Assembly: GCA_037447605.1 (NCBI GenBank) | Contig: JBBHKD010000031.1 | Coordinates: 1 to 35,024, forward strand | DNA from: Zygnema circumcarinatum SAG 698-1b | Lineage: Eukaryota; Plantae; Zygnematophyceae | Length of the DNA stretch: 35,024 nucleotides | Reading direction: 5' to 3' | Part shown: positions 23,091 through 33,789 of the stretch, one piece after another | Layout of the letters: every line of letters starts with the position of its first letter | Position numbering within the stretch: position 1 is the stretch's first letter | The notes under the pieces: model-generated | Seen by the model: only the letters and a program-made list of their open reading frames with translations | Told to the model about the DNA's origin: nothing | Database searches by the model: none | Program-made: the position numbers and the translations under genes

Positions 23091-26000
23091 TGTAACAACT
23101 GAGAAAACGCCTCCTCAGCCGTGCGCGGAATTGCACTTCAGAGTTCAGCAAAGAGAGAGAGAGAGAGCGAGAGCTTCAGAGGGAGGCGCAGCCCTGGGCA
23201 GGGGTGCAACCGAATGCCGGTGACGCTTGGTCGGGTGACGGCGCCACCCAGCCCTTATTTCCCCCGCTGAACTCCTACCAAAGATGGAGTGATCGGAAGC
23301 GGTCGCCCAATGGCAGGCTGCCACGGTGTTCCTCTCTCACCCTCGAATGGCTCGTAGGTGTACAACGCATTTAACGCCTTCTCCTCAGATTCTCCATGGC
23401 TGCTGCTGGGCCAGCGACGTGCGCGCTGGGCGCCGTCAGACGCCAAGGTAATCTGGCCGGATCCTGCGCCGGGCGCCGGTCCGGACTGCTGTACTCTGCA
23501 CACGCACTCTCAACGGGTAACCGCTATTGTACCTGACGTAACGGGAATTCCGTGTGGGACTCGGGCCGCCCGAGATCCAATCGCGGGACCGGATTGGTCC
23601 CGTGGTGCCGGTAATCTCCAATCCTCCCTTAAGCCGAGGAGGGGACCTTGGCTGCTGGTGTGGGGCGCACCGTGACTATGTGGTGCCCCCACGTGTGAAC
23701 CAGTTCTTACGGTTCGAACCTAGGACCTCCGTGGTCCTATAGGGTATCCCATGCCCTAACCGTTAGGTACCCATTGGATGGAAATACAAAGCCATGCCGA
23801 AGCTCTGCAACCCTTCCTTGGGGTGATCAAATGAAGTGCTTCGCTACATTACTCCCCCTCGCGGAGAATGTGTGAACGCCTCGCTCACGCAGGGTAGTAA
23901 AGGCACCAGTTTTAACGTACGCCAATCCCCTACGCGGATAACCGAGGGCTCACATAACCCCATCAAGTCCTTTCCGAAAGTTGCGCCGGGGATTCGCCAG
24001 AACCCCCGAGCCGCCCTCGCCGCTTCTCCTCCCCCTCGCTGGCCCCGCGCCCCAAAGCATGTTGATGAGCCTTGGCAATTGGTTGCTCTGTTCCTCGCTT
24101 CCCATGTGCTATGTTCAACCCTTATAGCCCAACCACTTCACGAGGTATTCGTGACGGAAGATCGACCCTTTCGCTGCATGTGGGCTTGAATGGTTTCAAC
24201 TTCGTACTCAAGTTCCACCTTCGTTCCAATCGGTGGGGAGTGTGGTTGGATTCTCCCATCGCTACTTCGTGACCTTAGCAAAACCCATGAAAAGACCGAT
24301 GCACCTTCATGAGCTGGTAAATCCAACCGTAAGCTTAATTCTCATTGATTCGTCACTCACTTTAAAAGGTCCTGGCTGAACGGGGCCACAGCCTACGTGT
24401 TCCTATGCTTTGAGTCTCAAGTCACAGACTTAGCAACACTCACGCTTTCGCTGAAGGTGAGTTGGGTACGGTGACGGTCAGCATAGGCCTTTTGTCGCGA
24501 CTAGGCCGCTAGCAGGGTCTGCCGTGCCCTCTGCAGCGCCTCAGACATTAGCCGGACAAAAGATCTGACTGCGGGAGGTTGAGTCCCTTCAGTCCCTCTC
24601 AGCTTCCAAGGATCGGGGGTTTTGTGGACGCCCATGTTCCACGGATCAGGGGGCTGATACCTTGGTTGCAAGGGATTTAGAGGATGTTGGCCAAAGTTCA
24701 AGAAGAAAGGGGTGGTACCAATGGACTCCTGGTAAGCATTATTGATGGCATACTCAGCCACTGGGAGCAGTTCATCCCACCCATCCGGGGTAGGTCCCAC
24801 ATAATGCCGGAGGTAATCCTCCAGGATCCTGTTCACCNNNNNNNNNNGGGATTCATCTTGCGGCTTTCATACGCCAAAGGTTGGCCATTTTGAAACAAGA
24901 CGGCACCCAAGGCGAATCCCGAAGCATCACAAACCACCTCATAAGGCTTGGACGGGTCCGCTAAACGGAGAGTGGGTGCGGTAACAAGGGCATGGCGCAC
25001 ACCTTCGAATGCATCCTGGCATTCAGGGGTCCATGTAAAGGGGACACCGGAACGTGTCAAATTAGTCAAGGGAGTAACCAACTTACTAAACCCTTGGATG
25101 AATTTACGAAAATAATTCGCAAATCCCAAGAAAGACCTCAACTGATGCAAGTCAGTCGGTGGTGCCCAAGTTTCCACCGCTGAAACTTTGGCAGGATCAG
25201 GCCGAAGGCCTTGATCATTCAAGATATGCCCAAGATAGAGCAACTCACGTTGCATGAAGTGACATTTCTTCCTCTTGGCATAAAACTGGTGTTTCCTCAG
25301 GGTCTCAAACACTTGCCGAACGTGTTCNNNNNNNNNNGGAACCAGCACATGCAGCCCAAGGACATGGGAGGTGTTTCCCATGACATGCGAAGCATCCATG
25401 GCACGTTGCATGAGAACATCATTGCCCATGACATTGAGGATAAAGACATGCCAAGCACCATTCATCACTACATCCATGAACCCAGAAGGAGTCACTACAG
25501 TGGCAGGGGAAAGAGAAATGGAAGAAGGGAGAACATCAAACACAAAAAGATCGTGTATTCCCAAAGGTCTGCCAACCAATTTAAGAATGTCCGAGGTTCT
25601 AAGAAACAAGTGTCTCCTCGCACTGGTGGCAGCCCTCATCCCTCCCCCTAACCTAGCATGCCCACCAGCAACGACCCCTAAGCTGCTGGTGGGTTGGGGT
25701 TTTCCGGCCCCTTGCCCTTCTTGTCCTTGGTGTTGAGAGGGCAATCCCGGGCCTTATGCCCCTCCTTGCGGCAGCGGAAACACTTGTTCTCCCGCTGCAT
25801 CTTCTCCATTTCCTCTCGAGTCAACTCTCATGGCCGCAGCAAAGGGTGGGCGCAGCCACTTCCGGCCGCTGGTGCTGCTCTTCCCCGCCATCTTTGGCGT
25901 GTGTCAGGGTCCTGCCTCCACGACCCTGCCACGCCGCCTCCTACCCCCGCCGTCGAAGTACCTCGTGACACCGCGCAGGGGCGGTGTCCAAATCAATGGC

Positions 26001-27976
26001 CGTGATCAAAGTACGCTGGGTAGTCACGGGTCCCACTCTGCGAGTCCGCGGGTTAGTTCTTAGTCGCCTCGCGTGTGGTTTTAAGCCATTCTCAAGTGGA
26101 AAAGAACTCAGCCCCGCCCTGTGCTTGTGAGTGGTGATTTGGGGGCATTGATTTCTGTCGCAGTCCGCAGTAAAACCGCTTTTGACGCCGGGTTTGGACC
26201 ATGTTCTGAAACTTATCCCAGGCCTCCAAGCCGGGATCCAAGGCCCCAAAGTGTTTGATAAGTTCATCTCTGAACTTATCCCAATCGTCCCCATCCATCG
26301 AGAGGCCCTCATACACACGTATGCTGCCTCCTTCCTGAGGCCGGGTAAGCAAAGCTTTCACCTTAATCGGAGGGGGGATGCTACTTTGGTCGCCGTAAGG
26401 TAGCTCTTCGTTTGGATTCCAACCACGCCAATCGGAAAGCGCCCGCGGTGATGTTCGCCTAAAGGGAAAGCGGGCTACTCTTGGCTCGACCTTCCGCCGC
26501 ATGTGAGGTTATGAGGAGCAGCCTGAAAGGATCGATATCTTCTCCGCCAAAGCAGCCGCCTTCGACACGGGGGTCTCCCCATCGTGCCGTGGTTCGCCAC
26601 CCCTGCGGTGACTCGTGGAAAACCAGGTCTGATTCTCACGGGCCGCTTCCTAGCCGGGGCGCTTCGACGCATTTACGCCATCGAGGGAAAGCTGGGTTTG
26701 AACTCCCCTTCCCCGTGACCTCGCCGCGATCTACCTTCTACAACCCGGGGTTCGGTGGCATACCTTCCTCATCCTCCCCGAGCCCCGGGTCCAAAGGCCC
26801 CAAACTCCATTTGGAGCGTGTCCACCAAGCGCGACTGCGGAGCTCCATGTCGCCAACCTGCCTCGTGACAGCCATGGTGTCGACGCCGCCGCTTACATCC
26901 TTCCCCGCTGGCCGATCTTCCTCTTCATCTTCGTGGAAGCCTAATCGCAGATAGGGCACCGATCATGGATCGGTGGATTCTCGCCGGAGCCGCTCCGTGA
27001 TGCGGGAAAGGGTGTAGTAGCCACGGATGACCTTGGTCACAGGCTTCTCGTGGACTGGCCCTCCATGGGGTGGCCGCAGAAAGTTTCCCTCCATCACCTC
27101 GCCCCGACGTGGTGGAGGTGGCGGCCCTCGGTGGCCCCGGTCCTCCGCCCCAGTGGTCACCATGACCCACCAGGTTCCCTCCCAAAGAAGAAGGCCGCTA
27201 ACGCCGCTCATACCCAATGTAACACCGAGAAACGCCTCCCCTCACCGCGGCTGAATTGCACTCTCGTGAGTTCAAAGAAAGAGAGAGAGAGAGAGTTTAG
27301 AGCTTCGTGAGGAGTAAGGCGCAACCTTAAGTGTGGGTGCAAACTCAATGCCGTAAGTTGAGTTGGGTGACGATAAATACCTACGCCCCTTTACGCTTTT
27401 CCCTCGCTGGAACTCCTCCTACCAAAGATGGAGGATTGGAAGCAGGTCGCTCAATGGCAGTCGCCACGCAGTTCCTCTCTCTCTCGGACCCGGTCGTGTC
27501 GCAGGTGTATACCTTATCAACGTCATTCGGGTGATTTCTGGCTGCTGCTGCCGCGACGCGGGCGCTGGCCACAGACGCCAGTGCACGGCCGGATCCTATG
27601 CGCTACGCGCTGGGTCCGGACAGCCGCGCCGCATGTACCAACAACGTAACCGCTATTGTACGGAATGGCGGGGACTTCAAAGTGATCCGCCGCTGCCCGA
27701 GATCCAATCGCGAGACCGGATTGGTCTCGCGGGGCCGTTGGTCCGTGATCCTCCTCTACGCTGAGAGGAGGGGACCTTGGCCGCTGACGTGGGGCCCATA
27801 GAGATGATGTGGCGGCCCCACGGGTGAACTAGTTCTTACGGTTCGAACCTAGGACCTCCGTGGGTCCTATAGGTATCCGGCGCCCCAACCAAGTAGGTAA
27901 TGCGATTGGATGGAAACATGCGCCACGCCGCAGCTCTTAAGTAACTCTTCCTTGGGGTGATCAGAAGGCCGCTACA
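23091..27976 (-). mobile_element. Full-length chromovirus D-b nested in H2 integrase (internal part collapsed by two gaps)
   Basis: 3' LTR 23091-23848, PPT complement 23849-23858, chromodomain about 24060-24206, IN, RT fragment 24848-25327, extra domain 25340-25620, gag up to ATG 27163, 5' LTR 27218-27976. Host resumes in register; left TSD GCTGT, right copy noisy (ACCGT). Confidence 0.88.
25660..25705 (-). promoter_or_regulatory. Predicted -1 frameshift signal (D-b)
   Basis: GGAAAAC at 25699-25705 followed by the same hairpin as copy 1. Confidence 0.7.
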
Positions 27977-29585
27977 ACCGTATCATAGCTCTCGCTAGTC
28001 CCTATAATCCGGAGGATTTCTTTCCTTAAATGGCCTAAGTGAATTGGTATCAATGACCGAGATGATCTCAGACAGTCCATGCTCTACCTGCACCTTGTCA
28101 ACATATAGCCGCAGCATTGGGCTCGCACCGCCTTAGCAGCTGGCTGCAAAATGCACCATTTTGCTCAGGCGGTCGATAAACACGAGGATGGAGTCAAAAC
28201 CCCGAGCTATCACAGGTAAATCTGTGATCAAATCCATACCCACACTCTCCCACTCCTAGCGAGGGCGCAGGGCCTGGAGCAGTTTTCGGGCACACGTCCC
28301 GTGCCAGGCTTATCCCACGACAAGTTGGGCATGCGAAACATACGCCCCACGCCCGGCTGTAATTCCGGCCACCGTGAATTCTCGGAGGTGCTTCTACTGG
28401 TTTTGGCAACTCCTGATATGGCCCTCAGACGAGGATCAGCATCTCACTCTTCAAAGATGAGCTGCATGATCCAAATTAGTACGTGACTTAACCGCTTTTA
28501 TCGGTGTACCACAAAATTGTTTTTGAGCACGAAGCTTGTTCTTATACCAGTGCCTTGGCTGTCCAGAACAAAGGATCACTGCTGGGTACCCTCCTCAATC
28601 ATCCGTCTGGAAATCGTAGAGAAAGCAGGAGGGTTGATCAAGGCCACCGTGGGAAGGGTTTATGACAAAACACACCCTGAGATGTAAACGCCGGGTTGGA
28701 GCCGCCCTTCGCCTCCACCATCCGCACCACCAACACTGAAGCCGACGCAGCCACCTCATCCGTGCTAGATGGCCGGTTGCCCGCTAAGGGTCCGCTTACA
28801 TCTCAGCCTACCAGCCCCCAGAGTACCCACTTTGTAACGGTAATGAGAACCGACTCCTTCACCAAGGAAAACACCTCGGACCAAAGACTGAGTTCAGCAG
28901 AGAGAGAGAGAGAGAGAGAGCAAGAGAGCCAGAGCTCTCAGAGTGGCGCGCCCCCTCGCGTGGGTGCAACTCAATGCGTCGCAGATGTTGGTTGGGTGAC
29001 GAAGGGCCACCTTTACGCTTCCCCGCTGGAACCTCCTTTACCAAAGATGGAGGATTGGAAGCGTGGCTGTCCAATGGCAGACGCCACGGTTCCTCTCGAC
29101 TCAAATGTAGGTGTACAACGTATCGCACGTGGTTGTAGCCGCATTCCGCGGCAGGCGCCGCGACGCCGGCGCCGGGCCGTATGTCAATGCGACGGTCGAT
29201 CCTACGCGCGCTGGGTCCGATCAGCGCCTTTGTCCGCATCAACGGTAACCGCGTATTGTACTGGACGTAACGGAGAAGTCTGTAAAGGGGATCCGGGGCC
29301 GCTCCCGAGATCCAACCGCCAGACCGATTGGTCCCGTGGTGCCGTTAGTCCGTGATCCTCCTCTACGCTGAGAGGAGGGGACCTTGGCCGCTGACGTGGG
29401 GCCCATAGAGATTATGTGGCGGCCCCACGGGTGAACCAGTTCTTATGGTTCGAACCTAGGACCTCCGTCGTCCTATAGGGTATCCGATGCCCTAACCGTT
29501 AGGTACTGCATTGGATGGAAACATAAAGCCACGCCGGGCTCTAAGTAACCCTTCCCCCTTGGGGTGACTGTAGCGTTTCGCTACA

Positions 29586-30059
29586 TTACTCCCCCCCTGT
29601 GAGAATGTGAACGCCCTCGTTCACGTGTGTGGGGTAGTAAAGGCATCTCGTAGTTTCAAGGCACGCTGAACTTACGCTGTGATAACCGGAGTGGGCTCGG
29701 GCCGATAATCCCGTCAAGTCCTCCGAAGTTGCGCTAACGCCCGAACCCTCGCTGCGGCCGCCATTTCCGCGCCACCCCCAAAGCATGCTGATGAGCTCCC
29801 GGCAATTGGTTAAGTTGCCCTCGGCTTCACAAGTGCTATGTTCAAACCCATAGCCAAACAATTTCACGAGGTATTCGTGAAGGGAAGATCGACACTTTCT
29901 CACAAGACGGTGGGCTTGAATGGTTTCAACTTCATACTCAAGTTCACCCTCAAGCTGCACTGGTGGGGGAGGTGGCTGGATCCTCCCATCGCTACGGTAG
30001 ACCTTTAGCAAACCCACATGAAAGACCGGATGCACCTTCATGTGGGATGGTAAATCCAA
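29586..30059 (-). CDS. pol: Integrase C-terminus (GPY/F region) with chromodomain at about 29790-29936 (D-a)
   Basis: HPVFHVGLLK, EYEVETIQAHR, EYLVKLFGYG, EHST, NLTNCREL. Confidence 0.9.
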   Translation of the reverse strand: MDLPSHMKVHPVFHVGLLKVYRSDGRIQPPPPPVQLEGELEYEVETIQAHRLVRKCRSSLHEYLVKLFGYGFEHSTCEAEGNLTNCRELISMLWGWRGNGGRSEGSGVSATSEDLTGLSARAHSGYHSVSSACLETTRCLYYPTHVNEGVHILTGGE

Positions 30060-30266
30060 CCTCGTAGTTTATTGATTCGGGCTTCCACCTCCCCAAAGGT
30101 CCGGACATGAAGCGGGCCACAGCCTACGGTTCCGCCATAAGCTTTGAGTCTCAAGTTTGCCGTGGTTAAAGTAACACCTCACGCTTCGCCAAGGTGAGTT
30201 GGGTACGTGACGGTCAAGATAGGCCTTTTGTCGCGACCGGGCCGCCAGTGGTCTCAGCTGCGCCCT

Positions 30267-31463
30267 TCAAGCAGCCGCCTCCTCGCATATTAGCCGACAA
30301 AGATCTCTCGGGACCGGGCGGAGGTTGAGTCCCACGCCCCTCTCTACCCCATGATCGGGGTTCTCGCGGACGCCTGATGTTCCACGGATCGTAGCTGGAT
30401 CCCTTGGCTGCGGATTTAGAGGATGCTGGCCAAAGTTCAAGAAGAAAGGGGTGGTACCAATGGACTCCTGGTAAGCATTATTGATGGCATACTCAGCCAC
30501 TGGGAGCAGTTCGTCCCACCCATCCGGGGTAGGTCCCACATAATGCCGGAGGTAATCCTCCAGGATCCTGTTCACCCGTTCCGTCTGGCCATCAGTTTGC
30601 GGGTGGAAAGCTGTACTCAACGCCTGCTTGGTCCCAACGATTTTGAGCACTTCCGCCCAAAAAATGGCCTGAATCGCGGGACGCCTTCGCCGCATTACAA
30701 TTTCCATCAAGACCATGCCGCTCCACACTTTGTCAACATACAACCGTGCAATCTCGTCGGCCCCAGCTGTCTTAGTAGTTGGTGCAAAATGCACCATCTT
30801 GCTGAGCCGATCGACAAAGACGAGGATGGAGTCATGCCCCCGAGGTGTCACAGGAAGATCTGTGATCAAGTCCATACCCACACTATCCCATTTCCGAAAA
30901 GGAGGTGTGAGGGGTTGCAGCTGGCCAGGGATCCTGCCAGTGCGGGGTTTGTTTCGTTGACAAGTTGGACAAGCGAGTACATACGCTTTCACATCCCTCG
31001 AGAGTCCAGGCCACCAGAACTCTCGGAGCAGTGCCTCACGGGTTCTGGCAACTCCCATGTGACCCTTGTACGGAGGATCATGGAGCTCACTCAGAATGAG
31101 TTGCCGTACAGTTCCGGCCTTGGGCACGACCAACTGCTGGCCGTGGTACCAGAATCCGTCCTTAGACACCACTTTGTCCTTATAGCCATTTCCTTGGCCA
31201 TCCAAGAACAAAGGATCACCAGTATACCCCTCCTGGATCATCCGTCTGAGATCAGAGAGAGCAGGAGGGTCGACTGCGTCACTGGTGGAGGGATCTATGA
31301 CAGCATACCGAGATCTTTGAGACTCGGGTTGGCCGCCCCTCACCTCACATATCCGCTCCACCAACACTGAGTCGACGAAAGGCCGCGACCATCCAGTAAG
31401 ATGCCGAGGCCGCCACTCGGGTTCAAGTACATTCCAAATTCTCTTCCCGCCGATAAAACCCAT
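30267..31463 (-). CDS. pol: Gypsy integrase (HHCC and DDE core), D-a
   Basis: LHDPPYKGHMG, CPTCQRNK, GMDLITDLP, FVDRLSKM, AFHPQTDGQTER. Confidence 0.95.
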   Translation of the reverse strand: MGFIGGKRIWNVLEPEWRPRHLTGWSRPFVDSVLVERICEVRGGQPESQRSRYAVIDPSTSDAVDPPALSDLRRMIQEGYTGDPLFLDGQGNGYKDKVVSKDGFWYHGQQLVVPKAGTVRQLILSELHDPPYKGHMGVARTREALLREFWWPGLSRDVKAYVLACPTCQRNKPRTGRIPGQLQPLTPPFRKWDSVGMDLITDLPVTPRGHDSILVFVDRLSKMVHFAPTTKTAGADEIARLYVDKVWSGMVLMEIVMRRRRPAIQAIFWAEVLKIVGTKQALSTAFHPQTDGQTERVNRILEDYLRHYVGPTPDGWDELLPVAEYAINNAYQESIGTTPFFLNFGQHPLNPQPRDPATIRGTSGVRENPDHGVERGVGLNLRPVPRDLCRLICEEAAA

Positions 31464-31729
31464 CGGGCAAATAAACCTTTGGAGGAATCCCCAGACCGGC
31501 CGCGGCTCGCTGCATACAGTGGGTCTCGTTGGGTTGAGAGGAACGTCAGCGGGCGGTGGTCAGTGACCAGCGTGACCGCTTTCGCCCCCTCTAAATAGCA
31601 CCGCCATGTCCTCAGGGCGTGGACCACTGCAAGCAGTTCCTGTTCTGTTGCAGAATAGTTGCGCTCAGCGGGATTCATTTTGCGACTTTCATANNNNNNN
31701 NNNTGGCACGATGGGCAAGATGGAACATA

Positions 31730-32190
31730 GATCGCACTATATGCGAGGGTTGAGGACGAGCCGTCCTCCACACCAATGTGTAGGGTGAGCCAACCAGCAA
31801 GCTGGTGGATCCTTCCATCTCTTGCACCAACGTGTGCCCTTTCCTCAACTGTTTCACCAACCGCCAAGTGGCGTTGGGAAAGGTGCGAACTGCCATGTGC
31901 TGAGGAACCAGCACATGCAACCCAAGGACATGGGAGGTGTTTCCCATGACATGCAAAGCATCCATGGCACATTGCATGAGAACATCATCGCCCATGACAT
32001 TGGGGATAAAGACATGCCAAGCACCATTCATCACTACATCCATGAACCCAGAAGGAGTCACTACAGTGGCAGGGGAAAGAGAAATGGAAGAAGGGAGAAC
32101 ATCAAACACAAAAAGATCGTGTATTCCCAAAGGTCTGCCAACCAATTTAAGAATGTCCGAGGTTCTAAGAAACAAGTGTCTCCTCGCACT
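31730..32190 (-). CDS. Extra NC-PR domain, putative Dam-like methyltransferase fold (copy 3)
   Basis: ORF 31675-32205 is open throughout and carries the same motifs as copy 1; NVMG at 31990-32001. Confidence 0.5.
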
Positions 32191-32249
32191 GGTGGCAGCC
32201 CTCATCCCTCCCCCTCTAATGGCATGCCCACCAAAGAACGACCCCTAAG

Positions 32250-33789
32250 TCAGCCGGTGTGGGTTGGGGTTTTCCTACTTTGCCCTTCCTTTTGTCCTGG
32301 TGTCGAGAGGGCAATCCTGGCCTTTGCGCCCTCTGGCGGCAAATGAACACTTGTTCTCCCGGGCTGCATCTTCTCCATTTCCTCCTCGAGTCAACTTCTG
32401 CCGCAGGCGTTGGGTGGGCGGGCACCACTTCCGCCGCCTCGCTGTTCTTCCCTCGCCAGCTTAAGTAGAGCCGAGGGTCCCGGGCCTTCCACCTAATTCT
32501 CAGCCACGCTGCCCGACCTCTCATTGCCTGAAGGGCCTCGTGAGACGCTCGCAGGGGCGGTGTCCAACCGGAATGGCCGCGATCAAAGCACAGCCTCGTG
32601 AGTCACGTCCCAATGCTCTCGTGAGTCCGTGGGTTAGTTCTTAGTCGCTTCCCTCGTGTGTGGCCTGCCATTCCCCGGCGGAAAAAGAACTCAGCCCCGT
32701 CTCGCTTGTGAGTGGGTGATCCTGGTGCACCACTTGTCGCAGCGTCCGCGTAAAACCGCTTGACGCTGGCTTGGACCATGTTCTCGAATTCTATCCCGGG
32801 CCTCCAAGCCGGATCCAAGGCCCCAGTGTTTGATAGTTCATTCTGAACTTATCCCAATCGCCCTTAATGTCATCGAGAGGCCCCTATACACACGGTAGCG
32901 CGGCTCCTTCGAAAAGTTGGGTAAGCAAAAGCTTACCCAATCGGGAGGGGGGGATGCTTGGTCGCAAGAAGGTAACCCTTCGTTTGACCCAACCACTGCT
33001 CAATCGAGCAGTCCGTGGTAGGATGTTCGCCCCAAAAGGAAAGCGGGGCCACCTTGGCTCGATTCCGTCGGGTATCCCTCGTGAGGTTGCGGGAGCAGCC
33101 CCAGGATCGGGATCTTCCTCCGCCCCCGCAAATAGCCTGCCCTCGACGGGTCCCCATCACAGGGTTCACACCCCCTGCGACTTCCGCGGGAAAGTCTCGG
33201 GTAGGGGGCTGATCACCGCTGGCCGCTCTCAAGTAGGGGCCTGGCCGGGGCGCCGTGACGACGACGCCACCGGAGTGGTTTGCCTAACCCCTTCCCCAGG
33301 ACCTGATGTATCCACTGCCTCTACAGCCTGAGGGGGGGTTCGGGGCATACCTTCCTCGATCCTTCGGAGCCTGTCCGAAAGGCCCCGGAACTCCATTTGG
33401 AGCGTGTCCACCAAGCGGCGGACCGTGAGCTCCATGTCGTCCACCTTCCTTGAGCAGCTCAACGTATTCACGTTCTGCTCCCTTACACTCTTCCCCAGAT
33501 CCTCAATCCTGTTCCTCATTTTCTGGGCCGCGCCCACGGTGATGTGGGCCCCGATCATGGGGTAGGGCCCAGTTGAGGCTTCTACCGGAGCCACGGGCTC
33601 CGGTTGGGTGGGGAGAGGGGCGGTGTTCTCCGGGTGACCTTGATCACCCGTGGGCTCGGGACTCGGCCCCTCCATAGGGACGGGCGTAGTCTCCGAGGTC
33701 TCCTCCATCTCCTCGTCCCGGGGAACGGGAGGTAGAGGTGGCGGCCCCGAGGGCCCCGGGTCCCCTCCGGCCCGGCGAGTGGTCACCAT
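32250..33789 (-). CDS. gag: Gypsy gag (D-a), frameshifted or noisy
   Basis: MVTTRR start just downstream of the PBS; Pro/Glu-rich N-terminus, coiled-coil-like segment, capsid-like segment (paralog in D-b reads WDKFRDELIKHF...AWDKFQNMVQ), CCHC remnant near 32300-32350. Confidence 0.82.

Larger units (their letters stand above)
1871..31703. other. Eight 10-N assembly gaps
   Basis: 1871-1880, 2802-2811, 6544-6553, 7159-7168, 11110-11119, 24838-24847, 25328-25337, 31694-31703. Confidence 1.

Noticed and set aside
29447-29515. A bona fide tRNA gene in the LTR
   Set aside because: Acceptor and anticodon stems do not form; kept only as a tRNA-like promoter hypothesis.
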